Numbered from the stretch's first letter, positions 10,603 through 21,245 are shown. The stretch is DNA of 64,000 nt from an uncultured cyanobacterium (GCA_963744145.1 CAVUSO010000001.1:4736001-4800000), one strand, 5' to 3'. Notes: generated by a model from the letters alone, not told the origin. A program made the numbers and translations.

Positions 10603-10860
10603 ATGCCACGGAGAAGTTATATGTCTCGACCAGCAAGTCCCGTTTATTCGTCAGTGCTAGAGGGAGCGATCGCTTCCGGTTGGAGTCCCGTTTGCCACAT
10701 TACCTACAACCGGGATACATGGGTCAAGTTACTGCAAGCTCCAAGTGAGTATGCTGCTTCAGAAGCAAAGTTACTCTGTGAGGAATCCTCCGATCGCTGG
10801 GTCACATGGGTGCCGGATCATGGTGAAGCGGTTCTAGATAGAAGTGAGTTCTATTGTTGA
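10603..10860 (+). CDS. Cyanobacterial hypothetical protein
   Basis: WVKLLQAPSEYA..EA.LLCE....WV.WVPDHGE motif. Confidence 0.7.
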   Translation: MPRRSYMSRPASPVYSSVLEGAIASGWSPVCHITYNRDTWVKLLQAPSEYAASEAKLLCEESSDRWVTWVPDHGEAVLDRSEFYC

Positions 10861-10890
10861 TTCAGGGAAGTTTTAATTTATACCACTCAA

Positions 10891-11202
10891 TTGACAGATC
10901 AAAAGATCATAAAGGTGAAGGTGATGAATACCGAATCGTTAATAGATTGGGATGAAATGTTTGAGTACCTACCGGGGATGATCGTCGAATTAAAAGACAA
11001 ACCCGGGGTTTTTCATCAGATTGATTACTATGAAGTAATGATGGTGCCACCAATCTGGTTAGTCAATGATCCCCGTCCACGTTACCCTAGCGAATTGCGG
11101 ATTGTGTCGCGTCAAGCAGTCCAAGTTTGTGAATTAGAACCTGTTAGTAGTCAATCGGGTTCCATTCCAAATCCATATACATATATATCTGCAAATTTAT
11201 AA
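10891..11202 (+). CDS. Hypothetical protein (start may be ATG 10924)
   Basis: MMVPPIWLVNDPRPRYP motif; co-oriented with the upstream gene. Confidence 0.6.
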   Translation: MTDQKIIKVKVMNTESLIDWDEMFEYLPGMIVELKDKPGVFHQIDYYEVMMVPPIWLVNDPRPRYPSELRIVSRQAVQVCELEPVSSQSGSIPNPYTYISANL

Positions 11203-12023
11203 CGTTCGTCTTTTTCGCGCCATTGGACAACACCTATTTCACCCAGAACAGAAACAAATTCTTCAAAACTTCCGAGCAGACGATCTGATATCTTATTCCA
11301 GATTGCCTGCAATTGTTCTTTTGATAAAAAAGCTGATTCTCCTTTCAGCAAATCAAAAAATATAGTCAAATAACCATATTCCTCTTTAATTTCCTCACAA
11401 CGTTTTTTTGATGCTTCCCGCAAACCAAATTCTAGGGATTTCCCTTGGAGTAAACGCTCTGTCCGCAATTTACTTGTAGGTAGTCCTTGATAACTTAGCT
11501 CTTGCTCTTTTGCGGCTTTGAGTAATATACTTAAACTGCGAGGAAAATTAGTACCACTTGAGTCTGTTAATCTTTCATAAACCCATTGAGATACTTTTTT
11601 AGCCCGATTTCCACCTCGACGACTTCCCCAAAGAATTTCTAAAACTTTATCAATAGTATCTTCACTAGCTTGATCAATACTTTCAATTGCGATCGGAGAA
11701 ATTCGGTCAACTAAATTCTTAAAATCTTCAGATTGTAGGGTTTGACGAAGTGCTAATCGTAAAAAGTCAATCCGATTCAATTGTAAAATAATATCGCGTC
11801 CAGTAAAATAACTTTTGTTATCAAAGATTAAACGATTCCAAATATCTTCCCTCAAGAATATTTTAAACCTAATTTCTGCTAATCTATGAGCATCACAAGA
11901 TTGAACTAATTGAAATAATCCAGTTAATGCTGATTGTCTTACTTCTCTTTTTTCAGAAAAATCTTCATCTAAATCATCGTAGAGAAACCATAATTTTTGA
12001 GACTTATCCCTATGATTGTCACT
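11151..12023 (-). pseudogene. 5'-truncated P-loop ATPase (Sll1717-like) C-terminal half
   Basis: The frame stays open upstream of the called ORF: SQKLWFLYDDLDEDF...LTGLFQL...FKIFLREDIW (Walker B). No Walker A or start codon; abuts the IS701 remnant. Confidence 0.7.
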
Positions 12024-12071
12024 CTAGATAAAGTATAATAGGGACAATAAGCTAAAAGTCTCATCTGATAT

Positions 12072-13277
12072 ATGGTAGAACCAAAATCAAGCCCTCAAAC
12101 GGTCAGCTTTATCGATGACTATTGTCAATATTATCAAAAGCTGTTTCCAGAAGTGCGAAGCTTTACAGCTTTTAAATATTTGTACATTGGGTTACTTTCG
12201 GAATTAAAACGGAAATCCTGACCAGAAATTGCGAAACTGGTTGGGTTAAAAAATTCCCAATCATTACATCATTTTTTCCAAAACTCACCCTGGTTAGCCG
12301 AGCAATTAAAATTAGCGCGATTGCAATTAATCTTAAAAATTTTAAATGGCAGAGAAATTACTGCGATCGTTGATGAAACAGGAGACCCAAAAAAAGGAAA
12401 AACTACAGATTATGTCAAGCGGCAATATATTGGGAACTTGGGTCAGCTAGAAAACGGAATTGTAGCGGTAACGGTATATGGTTTAATTGATCACTTAACT
12501 ATTCCTCTGACCTTTGAAGTTTATCAACCGCAAGAGCGACTAAACCCAGGAGATAAATATAAAATAAACCACAACTAGCTGGTGAAATGTTAAAAGAGCG
12601 ACCGAGGATGGGATTTAATTTTAAATTAGTTTTATACCAATTAACTATGAAATTGCACTTAATCTGAGGTTGATCTGTTAGGCCAGGGCAGGTTTATAAT
12701 GGTGATCTGTTGGTGGCAAAATTGACTGGTGAACCTGCCCCTACCAATTTTATCCTCAATTTGCGGATTTCTGTAGTAGGGGCGGGTTCGCCCAGATTTT
12801 TGAAATTTACCAATTAATTAGAAAAACCCGCCCGGGTTCACCGAGATGTTTGACATTTACCTACTAATCATCAAAACCCACCCTCACCCACAGATCAATA
12901 TACATCAATGTATCTTCATGGTGAATTGGTATTAGCAGATAGCTTATATGGTGAAAGTGCCAGTAATTTTATTAGTGTATTAGATGAATTACAGCTTAAC
13001 TTTGTGATGTCAATTCGGAGTAGCCACAAGGTGCTGATGGCAAAAGGCCAAAAAGTTCTCAGGAATAGATGGCGGAAATTTGAGCGAGTTTTTACCAATG
13101 GAAAAACCCAAGAACGATAGATAAGAGAAATAATTTTTGGTCAACGTCGTTGTGATCAATATTGGCAAATTACGACAGACAAAGAGGAATTATCTCAGAA
13201 TGAGACTTGGTATGTAATCACCAAAGTTCCGGGGATTAAGTATGAGCAATTTGGTCAATTCTATGGATTAAGAACTT
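12072..13277 (+). mobile_element. IS701-family transposase pseudogene
   Basis: FIDDYCQYY..LFPEVRSF, IVDETGDPKKGKTTDYVKRQYIGNLG, LVLADSLYGES and YGLRT motifs. Internal stops, frameshifts, a MITE insertion and 3' truncation. Confidence 0.88.
12635..12931. mobile_element. MITE with TACCAATT terminal inverted repeats and TTA target-site duplication
   Basis: Left end TACCAATTAACTATGAAATTGCA; right end (reverse complement) TACCAATTCACCATGAAGATACA. TTA at 12632-34 and 12932-34. Removing it restores FKLVLADSLYG. Confidence 0.85.
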
Positions 13278-13430
13278 TCATCCCCCCTACGTTCGGCAAC
13301 ATACTGGATAGATCACTTAAATTGATTTTGAGCGAGGCGATCGCGCGATCAGAATAACCTAGCATGATCAAAATTTTACCATAATTTCAGCCAACTTGCT
13401 AAAATGCGATCGGAGTATTTATGATCACAG

Positions 13431-14483
13431 ATGAACCAGCCTCAAACCGAATTCGATAGTCCGTGGAAAGACATACTAGAACTTTATTTTGCCGATTTTA
13501 TCCGGTTCTTTCTGCCAACAGCTTATGCAGAAATCGACTGGGAACGTCCCCCAGAATTTTTGGACAAAGAACTGCAAAAAGTGGTGCGGGATGCAGAACT
13601 GGGGAGACGATTAGTGGATAAGTTAGTCAAGGTTTGGCGCAAAAATGGTACAGAAACTTGGGTATTAATTCACATCGAAGTCCAAAACCAAGAAGAATCG
13701 GAATTTAGCGAACGAATGTTTGTTTATAATTACCGCATCTATGACAAGTATCGCCGACCAGTAGTCAGTTTAGCCATCTTAGGAGACGAACGCAAAAATT
13801 GGCGACCCCAGGAATTTGGTTATCAATTATGGGAAACCAAAGTTCAGTTTAACTTTAAAGTAGTCAAGTTGCTAGACTACTTGACGCAATGGTCAGAGTT
13901 AGAGACCAGCCGCAACCCTTTTGCTATAGTAGTAATGGCTCATCTCAAAGCCCAACAGACCAAGGATGATCGTCAGGAACGGAAAAAATGGAAATTGATG
14001 TTAATCAGACGACTGTATGAGCAGAACTACTCAAGAATAGATGTAATTAATTTATTTCAATTTATCGATTGGGTGATGAGTCTACCAAGGGAGTTAGAGC
14101 AGGAGTTTTGGCAAGAAGTACAACAATTAGAGGAGGAAAGAAGTATGCCATATATCACCAGTGTCCAAAGAATCGGTCGTGAAGAGGGCCGTCAAGTCGG
14201 GATTCAAGAGGGTCGTCAAGTCGGGATTCAAGAGGGTCGTCAAGTCGGGATTCAAGAGGGTCGTCAAGTCGGGATTCAAGAGGGTCGTCAAGTCGGGTTA
14301 TTAAAAGGGATTGAACTAGGTTTAAAGCTCAAATTTGGTGCTCCAGGTTTAGCCCTTCTCCCGGAAATTTTGGGCATTACCGATCCTGGTCGATTGGAAA
14401 CGATTTTGTTAGGATTAGAAACTGCTTCTACTTTAGATGAATGGCGGACTCTCTATCAGTCCACCAATTCAGATTCAGTTTGA
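13431..14483 (+). CDS. Rpn/YhgA-like PD-(D/E)XK nuclease (putative transposase family)
   Basis: FDSPWK, FLDKEL, VDKLVKV, LIHIEVQ, RMFVYNYR, MPYITS and EGRQxG repeats. Confidence 0.85.
   Translation: MNQPQTEFDSPWKDILELYFADFIRFFLPTAYAEIDWERPPEFLDKELQKVVRDAELGRRLVDKLVKVWRKNGTETWVLIHIEVQNQEESEFSERMFVYNYRIYDKYRRPVVSLAILGDERKNWRPQEFGYQLWETKVQFNFKVVKLLDYLTQWSELETSRNPFAIVVMAHLKAQQTKDDRQERKKWKLMLIRRLYEQNYSRIDVINLFQFIDWVMSLPRELEQEFWQEVQQLEEERSMPYITSVQRIGREEGRQVGIQEGRQVGIQEGRQVGIQEGRQVGIQEGRQVGLLKGIELGLKLKFGAPGLALLPEILGITDPGRLETILLGLETASTLDEWRTLYQSTNSDSV
14184..14297 (+). repeat. 24-bp coding tandem repeat (EGRQVGIQ) x about 4.7
   Basis: GAGGGTCGTCAAGTCGGGATTCAA repeated. Confidence 0.95.
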
Positions 14484-14576
14484 GTCAATATTTATGGCGA
14501 TCGCTTTAACTAAAAATCTCTCACCGCGATCGCCAAGCGATAAAAATAAGTTCAAAGTATTAACAAAGATTTAGCA

Positions 14577-15368
14577 TTACCCATATCGAATGGCAACAAG
14601 TAATTCATCAACCCACTGTTGGTCAGACTCCGATAGCTTTGGTAAAGGAACGGGTTGATGATAATCAATGCGAATGTGATAGCTACCGCGCTCATAAACA
14701 CCCAGTACAATAGCTTGTAAATCGACTGCTAATTCTGGCTCATTCGATTTGAGGGGTAACCAGAAGTTGGGGATTGGCTCTCTCAATTGAAATTCATATA
14801 AATCTGCCATTGGTCGAGTAGTAGCTCGGCTCACTACAATCCGATAGTCGCTTATTTCTTCTACTCCAATCATGGGCATAGGTGTATTTTCTCGCAGTAA
14901 ATCAATCTCAATTAGGTGAGATGAACTGCTCAGTATGCGTTGTCTTTTCTTCTCATAAATAGTTCGTCCTTCGCCTTTGCGCTTATTTTTGGGTGATAGT
15001 ACCTCAATTACAGTAATCACCTGATGAGTGCCCACTTCCCGCACTTCTAAATAGCGCTCTTTTACTTCAATTGACATCGGGAGTCGGATTTGTTTGGGGA
15101 GAGGTTGAGTAGCGATCGCTTGGGTCGCGATCGGAGTTTTTGAGGTTGTCAGTACAATAGCATCGGGGATTCCCACCAGTAATTCATGATGATCGTCATC
15201 TAGATAAGTGCGAGTTTCGATCGCTACATAGTACATGGGTTGTAGAGCGGGAGTAAGTGTATCAGAAATTGCCACAATCAATCGGTTGTGAAATTCGTGC
15301 CAGAGGGCTGATAATTCCAGATAGGGGTTCATCCCAGGAAATGGGGATGGCATCGATGAAACTCCCAT
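14577..15368 (-). CDS. DUF4058 family protein
   Basis: MPSPFPGMNPYLE, IEVLSPKNK and HLIEIDLLR motifs. Confidence 0.9.
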   Translation of the reverse strand: MGVSSMPSPFPGMNPYLELSALWHEFHNRLIVAISDTLTPALQPMYYVAIETRTYLDDDHHELLVGIPDAIVLTTSKTPIATQAIATQPLPKQIRLPMSIEVKERYLEVREVGTHQVITVIEVLSPKNKRKGEGRTIYEKKRQRILSSSSHLIEIDLLRENTPMPMIGVEEISDYRIVVSRATTRPMADLYEFQLREPIPNFWLPLKSNEPELAVDLQAIVLGVYERGSYHIRIDYHQPVPLPKLSESDQQWVDELLVAIRYG

Positions 15369-15425
15369 AGGATAAAGATTCTCAATTAATATATCCTAAT
15401 ACCTAAATTTGTGCCTTGGTGTTAT

Positions 15426-15602
15426 GAATTTGGCTATCAGTTATGGGAAACCAAAGTTCAGTTTAACTTTAAAGTAGTCAAGTTGCTAGACTACCTGACT
15501 CAATAGCCAGATTTAGAGACAAACCGCAATATTTTTGCTATAGTAGTAATAGCTCATAGCCCAAGAAACCAAGGATAATTGCCAGAAATGGCAAAAATGG
15601 AA
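15426..15602 (+). pseudogene. Degenerate internal duplicate of the Rpn gene (13812-13993)
   Basis: Near-identical GAATTTGG.TATCA.TTATGGGAAACCAAAGTTCAGTTTAACTTTAAAGTAGTCAAGTTGCTAGACTAC..., with a TGG>TAG stop and a small deletion. Confidence 0.85.
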
Positions 15603-15639
15603 CATTTTCAGGAAGAATCCCTTTAAAACTTCTACATTT

Positions 15640-16338
15640 ATGGATAAACAGCTATACGAACTTATTACAGAAGTGTGTCAACACCCCTTGAAAAACCTGA
15701 AAAGACGAAAGACGATCAATCTGTTGCTGATCGAAATTCAAAGATTACCAGGATTACTGAAATCGTCCCATCCAGACTACTTAGACGCTTTAAATCGGAC
15801 ACTAGAGTGGGTAAATCAAAAACTTTGTCAAGACTTCAATCCTGATCAACCCTTGGTGCAAAAGCGTTTCCAACAATGGGTCAACAGTTACTTGTACTGG
15901 CGAATTAGAGATTTATACTCATCAAAAAAAACCGCTCTTAGCTTAGATCCACCCATAGGAAACGATCGAAGCGAAACTTCTCTAGTATATCTGCTATCAA
16001 AAACAGGTTTTGAACCTTGTCCTACACTTACTGGAATTGATGGTTATATTGAAAAATTAGAAAGAGAGCAACAGCAGGTGCTTGGGCTAAAATTAGAACA
16101 ACATATTTTGGCAGATCCAAATGGAAAATTGCAAAATTGTCATCCTAAAAGTTATCCAAATTGTAACGCTCAATTACTCAGCACTAGAGTTCTATTAAAA
16201 GACCCACCAGATAAATTTAGCGCGATCGCACTTGAGCTTTCGATCAACTACCAAACTCTCAAATCACATTGGGAAAGAAAATGTCGTCCTCTGTTGCAAG
16301 AAATTTTACTAGAATTAGGATATAAATCTGAGGTTTAA
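15640..16338 (+). CDS. Divergent sigma-70-like factor (cyanobacterial, DUF1822-associated)
   Basis: Region-2-like WVNSYLYWRIRDLY, an SLDPPIG motif and a C-terminal HTH (FSAIALELSINYQTLKSHWERKC); stop overlaps the next start. Confidence 0.65.
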   Translation: MDKQLYELITEVCQHPLKNLKRRKTINLLLIEIQRLPGLLKSSHPDYLDALNRTLEWVNQKLCQDFNPDQPLVQKRFQQWVNSYLYWRIRDLYSSKKTALSLDPPIGNDRSETSLVYLLSKTGFEPCPTLTGIDGYIEKLEREQQQVLGLKLEQHILADPNGKLQNCHPKSYPNCNAQLLSTRVLLKDPPDKFSAIALELSINYQTLKSHWERKCRPLLQEILLELGYKSEV

Positions 16339-17132
16339 TGATGAACAGCACAGAAATACCACTGATCACAGTTCCGTTAGGTCGTGAATTTCATGCTAGA
16401 GCAAAGGAATTGACTACCAAAGCTATGCAACTAGCAAATCCAACCAATAAACATCAAATAGGAAAGCGAGTTTATCTGAATACCTTAGCAGTTTATGCTG
16501 TTGATAGTTATCTGAGATGGCAAGCATACCAAGCAGATTTTAGTCAAAGTAATAGCAGCGATCCTATTTTATGTTCCCGCTGGGATGTAGCAGATTTAAT
16601 GATTCCTGGTATTGGTAAATTAGAATGTCGTCCGATTGGGGAAGGGGAAACTGTTTTGACTCTACCATCGGAAGTGACAGAAGACCGGATTGGGTATTTC
16701 CTAGTACAATTGGGGGAACATTTAGACTCAGCAACTCTATTAGGATTTGTGCCAGCTTTTGCTCCTTCTAACTTACCAAAACAGATCGCGATCGCTAACC
16801 TCCAGTCTCTTGATGCTTTTCTAGAGTATCTTGATCGATTGGAATTAGCCAACAATTTTTTCCAAGGAGATGATCCAGTTGCAGTCCGAGTCCGGGAGGT
16901 GTTGGAAAATAATCCCTTTTCAGAAATAATTGCACAATTAGAACGCATTTGGCGAAGTGAAACTGATCCTGAAAAACCTTATGCTATAAAAGATATCCTT
17001 GCTGGTAGTACAGCGGGTTTAAAGACCGATCGCGAATCTATAACTATTGATGATGAACTTGAAATTGAATTACTAGAACTAGCGGAGAGTTTAATAGAAA
17101 AATTAGCAGAAATTTGGGATTATCCTACATAA
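16338..17132 (+). CDS. DUF1822 family protein
   Basis: KRVYLNTLAVYAV..YL, ADLMIPGIGKLECRP, PSEVTEDRIGY..VQL and A.LLGF motifs. Confidence 0.85.
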   Translation: MMNSTEIPLITVPLGREFHARAKELTTKAMQLANPTNKHQIGKRVYLNTLAVYAVDSYLRWQAYQADFSQSNSSDPILCSRWDVADLMIPGIGKLECRPIGEGETVLTLPSEVTEDRIGYFLVQLGEHLDSATLLGFVPAFAPSNLPKQIAIANLQSLDAFLEYLDRLELANNFFQGDDPVAVRVREVLENNPFSEIIAQLERIWRSETDPEKPYAIKDILAGSTAGLKTDRESITIDDELEIELLELAESLIEKLAEIWDYPT

Positions 17133-17181
17133 AAATAGCTACTTAGACTGGATCAATATCAAGAAATATATCAAAATACCT

Positions 17182-20100
17182 ATGGATAAACAACGCCGAC
17201 AATTTTATCACGATTTTCTAAATAAAGCCGCACAATTTATGCAAGAAAATGGGATTAATCAACAAGAAGTTTACCCTTTTCTAAATGAAAACTTAGATAA
17301 ACTAGATGATAATTTACCCAGCATCCTACAAGAATGGTCGGAATTAATGTTGTTAATGATTGGGCTAAATAAAGCCCATCAAATGGCTACATGGATGAAT
17401 GTTTTTGGCGAGTTGATTTTTAATTTTCCTGGGGGTAATAGAGCAAATAACATAGAAATAACTATTGCTGCTTATAATATTGCTTCCCCATTCGTTAATC
17501 GCTATCTAGAACCAGGAATTTGGAGTGTCGTTCAAATTAATTTGGGAATTGCTTATCACAAACGAATTAAAGGCGATCGCTCCTTTAATATAGAACAAGC
17601 TATCCAATGCTATCAAGCAGTTTTACAAATCTGTGTTCAGCAAAATTTAACCACTGAGTATGGATATGCTCAAATAAATTTAGGAAATGCTTACTTTGAT
17701 AGAATCCAGGGAAATTGGGCAGAAAATATCGAGCAATGTATACAAGCTTACGAAGCAGCTTTACCAATTTATACCTACTCCACATTTCCCAAAGAATGGG
17801 CAGCTATACAATGTAATTTAGGGGTAGTTTATAAAGATAGAAGTATAGGCGATCGCGCTCAAAATTTGGAGATGGCTATTAGATCTAGTGAAGCAGCATT
17901 GACAGTTCATACCCGAAGTGCATTTCCTTTAGATTGGGCAAAAAATTACAATAATTTAGGCAATTCTTATAGAGAACGAATTGTTGGGGAAAAAGCAGAT
18001 AATTTAGAAAGAGCGATCGCTGCATTCCAAGCCACATTGCCAATTTACACCCAACAGAATTTCCCAGAAAAATGGGCAGATACTCAAAATAATTTAGGTA
18101 CGGTCTATTCGCAACGGCTCAAAGGTGAAAGAGCCGAAAATTTAGAGCAGTCTATTTCTTATTATCAAGCAGCTTTGACAGTTTTAACAAAAGCAGAGTT
18201 TCCCCAAAAATGGGCAGCAATTCAAAATAATTTAGGAGTAGCCTACAGTAGCAGAATTAAGGGCGAGATTATTGCCAATATAGAAGCAGCGATTAGTTGC
18301 ATTCAAGCATCATTGGACGTTTATACCCGTGAGGGGTTTCCCGAAGAATGGGCGCAATGTCAAAACACTTTGGGGAGTGCTTACTTCGATCGAATTAAGG
18401 GCGATCGCGCTGAAAACATAGAGCAAGCAATTAAATATTACAAAGCAGCTTTACAAATTCGTACCCGCGAAACATTACCCAGGGATTGGGCGATGTCTCA
18501 AAATAATTTGGGAGCAGCTTATTTAGCTCGAATTAAAGGCGATCGCGCTGAAAATATAGAGGAGGCTATTCAATCCTCTAAAACAGCTATGCTTGTTTAC
18601 ACTTATGAAACAATGCCTGAAAATTGGGCAAATGTTCAACTCAATTTGGGTAATGCCTATAGTAATCGAATTAATGGAGAAAAAGCTGAAAATTTAGAAC
18701 AGGCAATTCGCTACTATGAAGCGGCATTATGTGTATATAATCGCTCTGCTTTTCCTCAAAAATGGGCTGAAATTAAAAATAATTTGGCTATTGTATATGT
18801 TGATCGAATTGAAGGCGATCGAGCTGAAAATTTAGAACAAGCACTTGCATGTTGTCAAGCAGCATTACAAGTTCAGACTCGCGATACTTTACCTCAATAT
18901 TGGGCAAATACGCAAATCAATATGGGTAATACCTACTCTGATCGGATTTGTGGTGAAACTTCGGAAAACATAAAAACTGCAATTATTTGCTTTCAAGCAG
19001 CTTTACAAGTCTACACTAAAGAATCCTTTCCCTACGATTGGGCATTAATTATGAACAATTTGGGAAATGCTTATAGAAAGTTGAATAAAATTGATGAAGC
19101 GATCGCCTATTTTCGTTTAGCTCTCGAAATTAATACACCAATTGCGAACCCGAGCGAATGTCTCACAGCCGGAAAAAACTTGGGTGATACTGCCTTTAAC
19201 GCTCAACGTTGGGCAGCAGCGATTGAAGGTTACGATCTGGCTATCAAAGCTATAGAAACTAGCCGTTCTTGGACAAGTACTGAAGCGAGGAGACAAGAGA
19301 TTTTAAAATCAGGCATTTTGGTTTATGCTAACTTAGTGCAAGCTTGCATTAACTGCGGACAGTTCGAGCAGGCGATTGAGTATGCAGAGCGATCGCGATG
19401 CCAACGTTTAGTAGATTTGATGGCAAGTAATAACTTATCATATAATAGAGAAAATGACTCACAGGTTTATAAATATTTGCAAGAATATGAAAGACTACAA
19501 AAGCAAATTGATGCTTACTATAAGAACAATAACCGAGATTTTGGTAAAGTTCAAAATTTAACTGAAAATCGAGCTGGATTACAACCAGATGATAAAATTA
19601 TTCAGAATTGGGAAACTCAAAAACAGCAAATTTGGGAACAACTTCGGCGTTTAGATCCTGTTCTAGCGGGTCAAATTCAAGTCAGTCCTATATCTTTAGA
19701 TGCAATTCAAAAATTAATTGACTATCCAACCGCAATTTTGAGTTTTTATACGACACCTGATGGAATTCATATTTTTATAGTACGACAGACTAAAATTACT
19801 TACCACAGATGTAATAATTTAGATGGTGAAACATTTTCAAATTTAGTTCATGACAAATGGTTAATCATTTATTTAACTAAAAAAGAGGAATGGAAAAATA
19901 GTTTAGTATCAGTATTAAAAGAACTAGCTGAACTTCTAAATATAGAAAACTTAATTAGTCAGCATTTAAGTGGTGTTGAAGAACTGATTATTATACCCCA
20001 CTGGTTTCTGCACTCTCTTCCATTTGCAGCGTTACCTATTGACAATGATCAATATTTGGGAGACAAGTTTTTAATCCGTTATATTCCCAGTTGCCAAATT

Positions 20101-20949
20101 TTGGAATTTTGTCAGAAACGTTCTCAAGTAGACCAAACCCTAACCTATGGTACGATTGAAGATGCTACTGAAGATTTACCCTGTTCGAGTTTTGAAGGTG
20201 TTCAAATTGCTCAACTGCATAATATTCCCCGTTATTTACGCTTAAGTGGTCGCACAGAAGCTACTGTCAATAATTATCGTCAGTTAGTTAAACAAGTGCA
20301 AGTGATTATTAGCAGTCACCATGCCCAATCTCGCTTTGATAATCCTCTAGAATCTAAATTGATTTTATCAGATGGTAGTATTACTTTAGGACAACTATTA
20401 ACACCTGAATGGCGATTTCCCCATTTGGTGGATGTATTTCTTTCCTGTTGTGAAACAGGTTTAGGTTTGACTTTATTAACAGACGATGTTTTTACCCTTG
20501 CTAGTGGATTTTTGTGTGCAGGTGCTAGAAATGTAGTTAGTACACTTTGGGCAGTTGATGATTTAGCAACGGCGTTATTTTCGATTTTTTATCATCAATA
20601 TCGACACAGAGGCTCCTGTCGTCCAGCAGCTTTGCAACAAGCCCAGGAAGAACTACGCACCTTAAGCGGGGAAACCCTCGCTACTATTTACCAACCTCAA
20701 ATAAATTTGCTATTGAATGAGAAATTTCAGCAACTAGATCGGGCACGTAAAGAAGCAAAAACTCATCGCGATCGCTACCCGAAAGATACCCCAGAATATA
20801 TGCAATGGGATGAAGAATACAAACAGAATTTTAACGCTAGCGATCGCATTCGTCAGACCAAAAAAAGACTTCAAACTATCAGTCAAGAAGCATTTCCCTT
20901 CTCTCACCCCTTTTACTGGGCTGCGTTTATCTGTTCAGGTTTGCGCTAA
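17182..20949 (+). CDS. TPR-repeat + CHAT protease
   Basis: About 13-14 TPR-like units; SSHHA and FLSCCETG catalytic motifs; HPFYWAAF. Confidence 0.93.
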   Translation: MDKQRRQFYHDFLNKAAQFMQENGINQQEVYPFLNENLDKLDDNLPSILQEWSELMLLMIGLNKAHQMATWMNVFGELIFNFPGGNRANNIEITIAAYNIASPFVNRYLEPGIWSVVQINLGIAYHKRIKGDRSFNIEQAIQCYQAVLQICVQQNLTTEYGYAQINLGNAYFDRIQGNWAENIEQCIQAYEAALPIYTYSTFPKEWAAIQCNLGVVYKDRSIGDRAQNLEMAIRSSEAALTVHTRSAFPLDWAKNYNNLGNSYRERIVGEKADNLERAIAAFQATLPIYTQQNFPEKWADTQNNLGTVYSQRLKGERAENLEQSISYYQAALTVLTKAEFPQKWAAIQNNLGVAYSSRIKGEIIANIEAAISCIQASLDVYTREGFPEEWAQCQNTLGSAYFDRIKGDRAENIEQAIKYYKAALQIRTRETLPRDWAMSQNNLGAAYLARIKGDRAENIEEAIQSSKTAMLVYTYETMPENWANVQLNLGNAYSNRINGEKAENLEQAIRYYEAALCVYNRSAFPQKWAEIKNNLAIVYVDRIEGDRAENLEQALACCQAALQVQTRDTLPQYWANTQINMGNTYSDRICGETSENIKTAIICFQAALQVYTKESFPYDWALIMNNLGNAYRKLNKIDEAIAYFRLALEINTPIANPSECLTAGKNLGDTAFNAQRWAAAIEGYDLAIKAIETSRSWTSTEARRQEILKSGILVYANLVQACINCGQFEQAIEYAERSRCQRLVDLMASNNLSYNRENDSQVYKYLQEYERLQKQIDAYYKNNNRDFGKVQNLTENRAGLQPDDKIIQNWETQKQQIWEQLRRLDPVLAGQIQVSPISLDAIQKLIDYPTAILSFYTTPDGIHIFIVRQTKITYHRCNNLDGETFSNLVHDKWLIIYLTKKEEWKNSLVSVLKELAELLNIENLISQHLSGVEELIIIPHWFLHSLPFAALPIDNDQYLGDKFLIRYIPSCQILEFCQKRSQVDQTLTYGTIEDATEDLPCSSFEGVQIAQLHNIPRYLRLSGRTEATVNNYRQLVKQVQVIISSHHAQSRFDNPLESKLILSDGSITLGQLLTPEWRFPHLVDVFLSCCETGLGLTLLTDDVFTLASGFLCAGARNVVSTLWAVDDLATALFSIFYHQYRHRGSCRPAALQQAQEELRTLSGETLATIYQPQINLLLNEKFQQLDRARKEAKTHRDRYPKDTPEYMQWDEEYKQNFNASDRIRQTKKRLQTISQEAFPFSHPFYWAAFICSGLR

Positions 20950-20980
20950 CTCTTACAGCCTTAACTTGTCATCAATGAAT

Positions 20981-21245
20981 GTAGGGGCGTTCGCGAGAGC
21001 GTGCCGTAGGCATAGCATTCGGGCGATAATTAATCGCATAAAACCATTAATATTATATCCGAATGCTTCGCCCTTCTTCTTTGCCGAATCCATCAAAACA
21101 TTCTTCATTGAACCGGATTTATATATAGTTGATCTGTTGGTTTCATAGATGGTGAGGGCAAAGCATTTCGGTAATATTTTCTTCGTTTCAGTAATAATTT
21201 ATTCGCCGAAATGCTTTGCCCCTAAGGTTAACTGAACTGGATTGG
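20981..21245. repeat. Two adjacent REP-like palindromic elements
   Basis: GTAGGGGCG...AGCATTCGG...CCGAATGCTTCGCCC, then GGGCAAAGCATTTCGG...CCGAAATGCTTTGCCC. Confidence 0.75.

Noticed and set aside
20810..21148. 112-aa ORF, and similarly 4829-5065 and 4905-5087
   Set aside because: They overlap CHAT gene ends and run through dispersed repeats.
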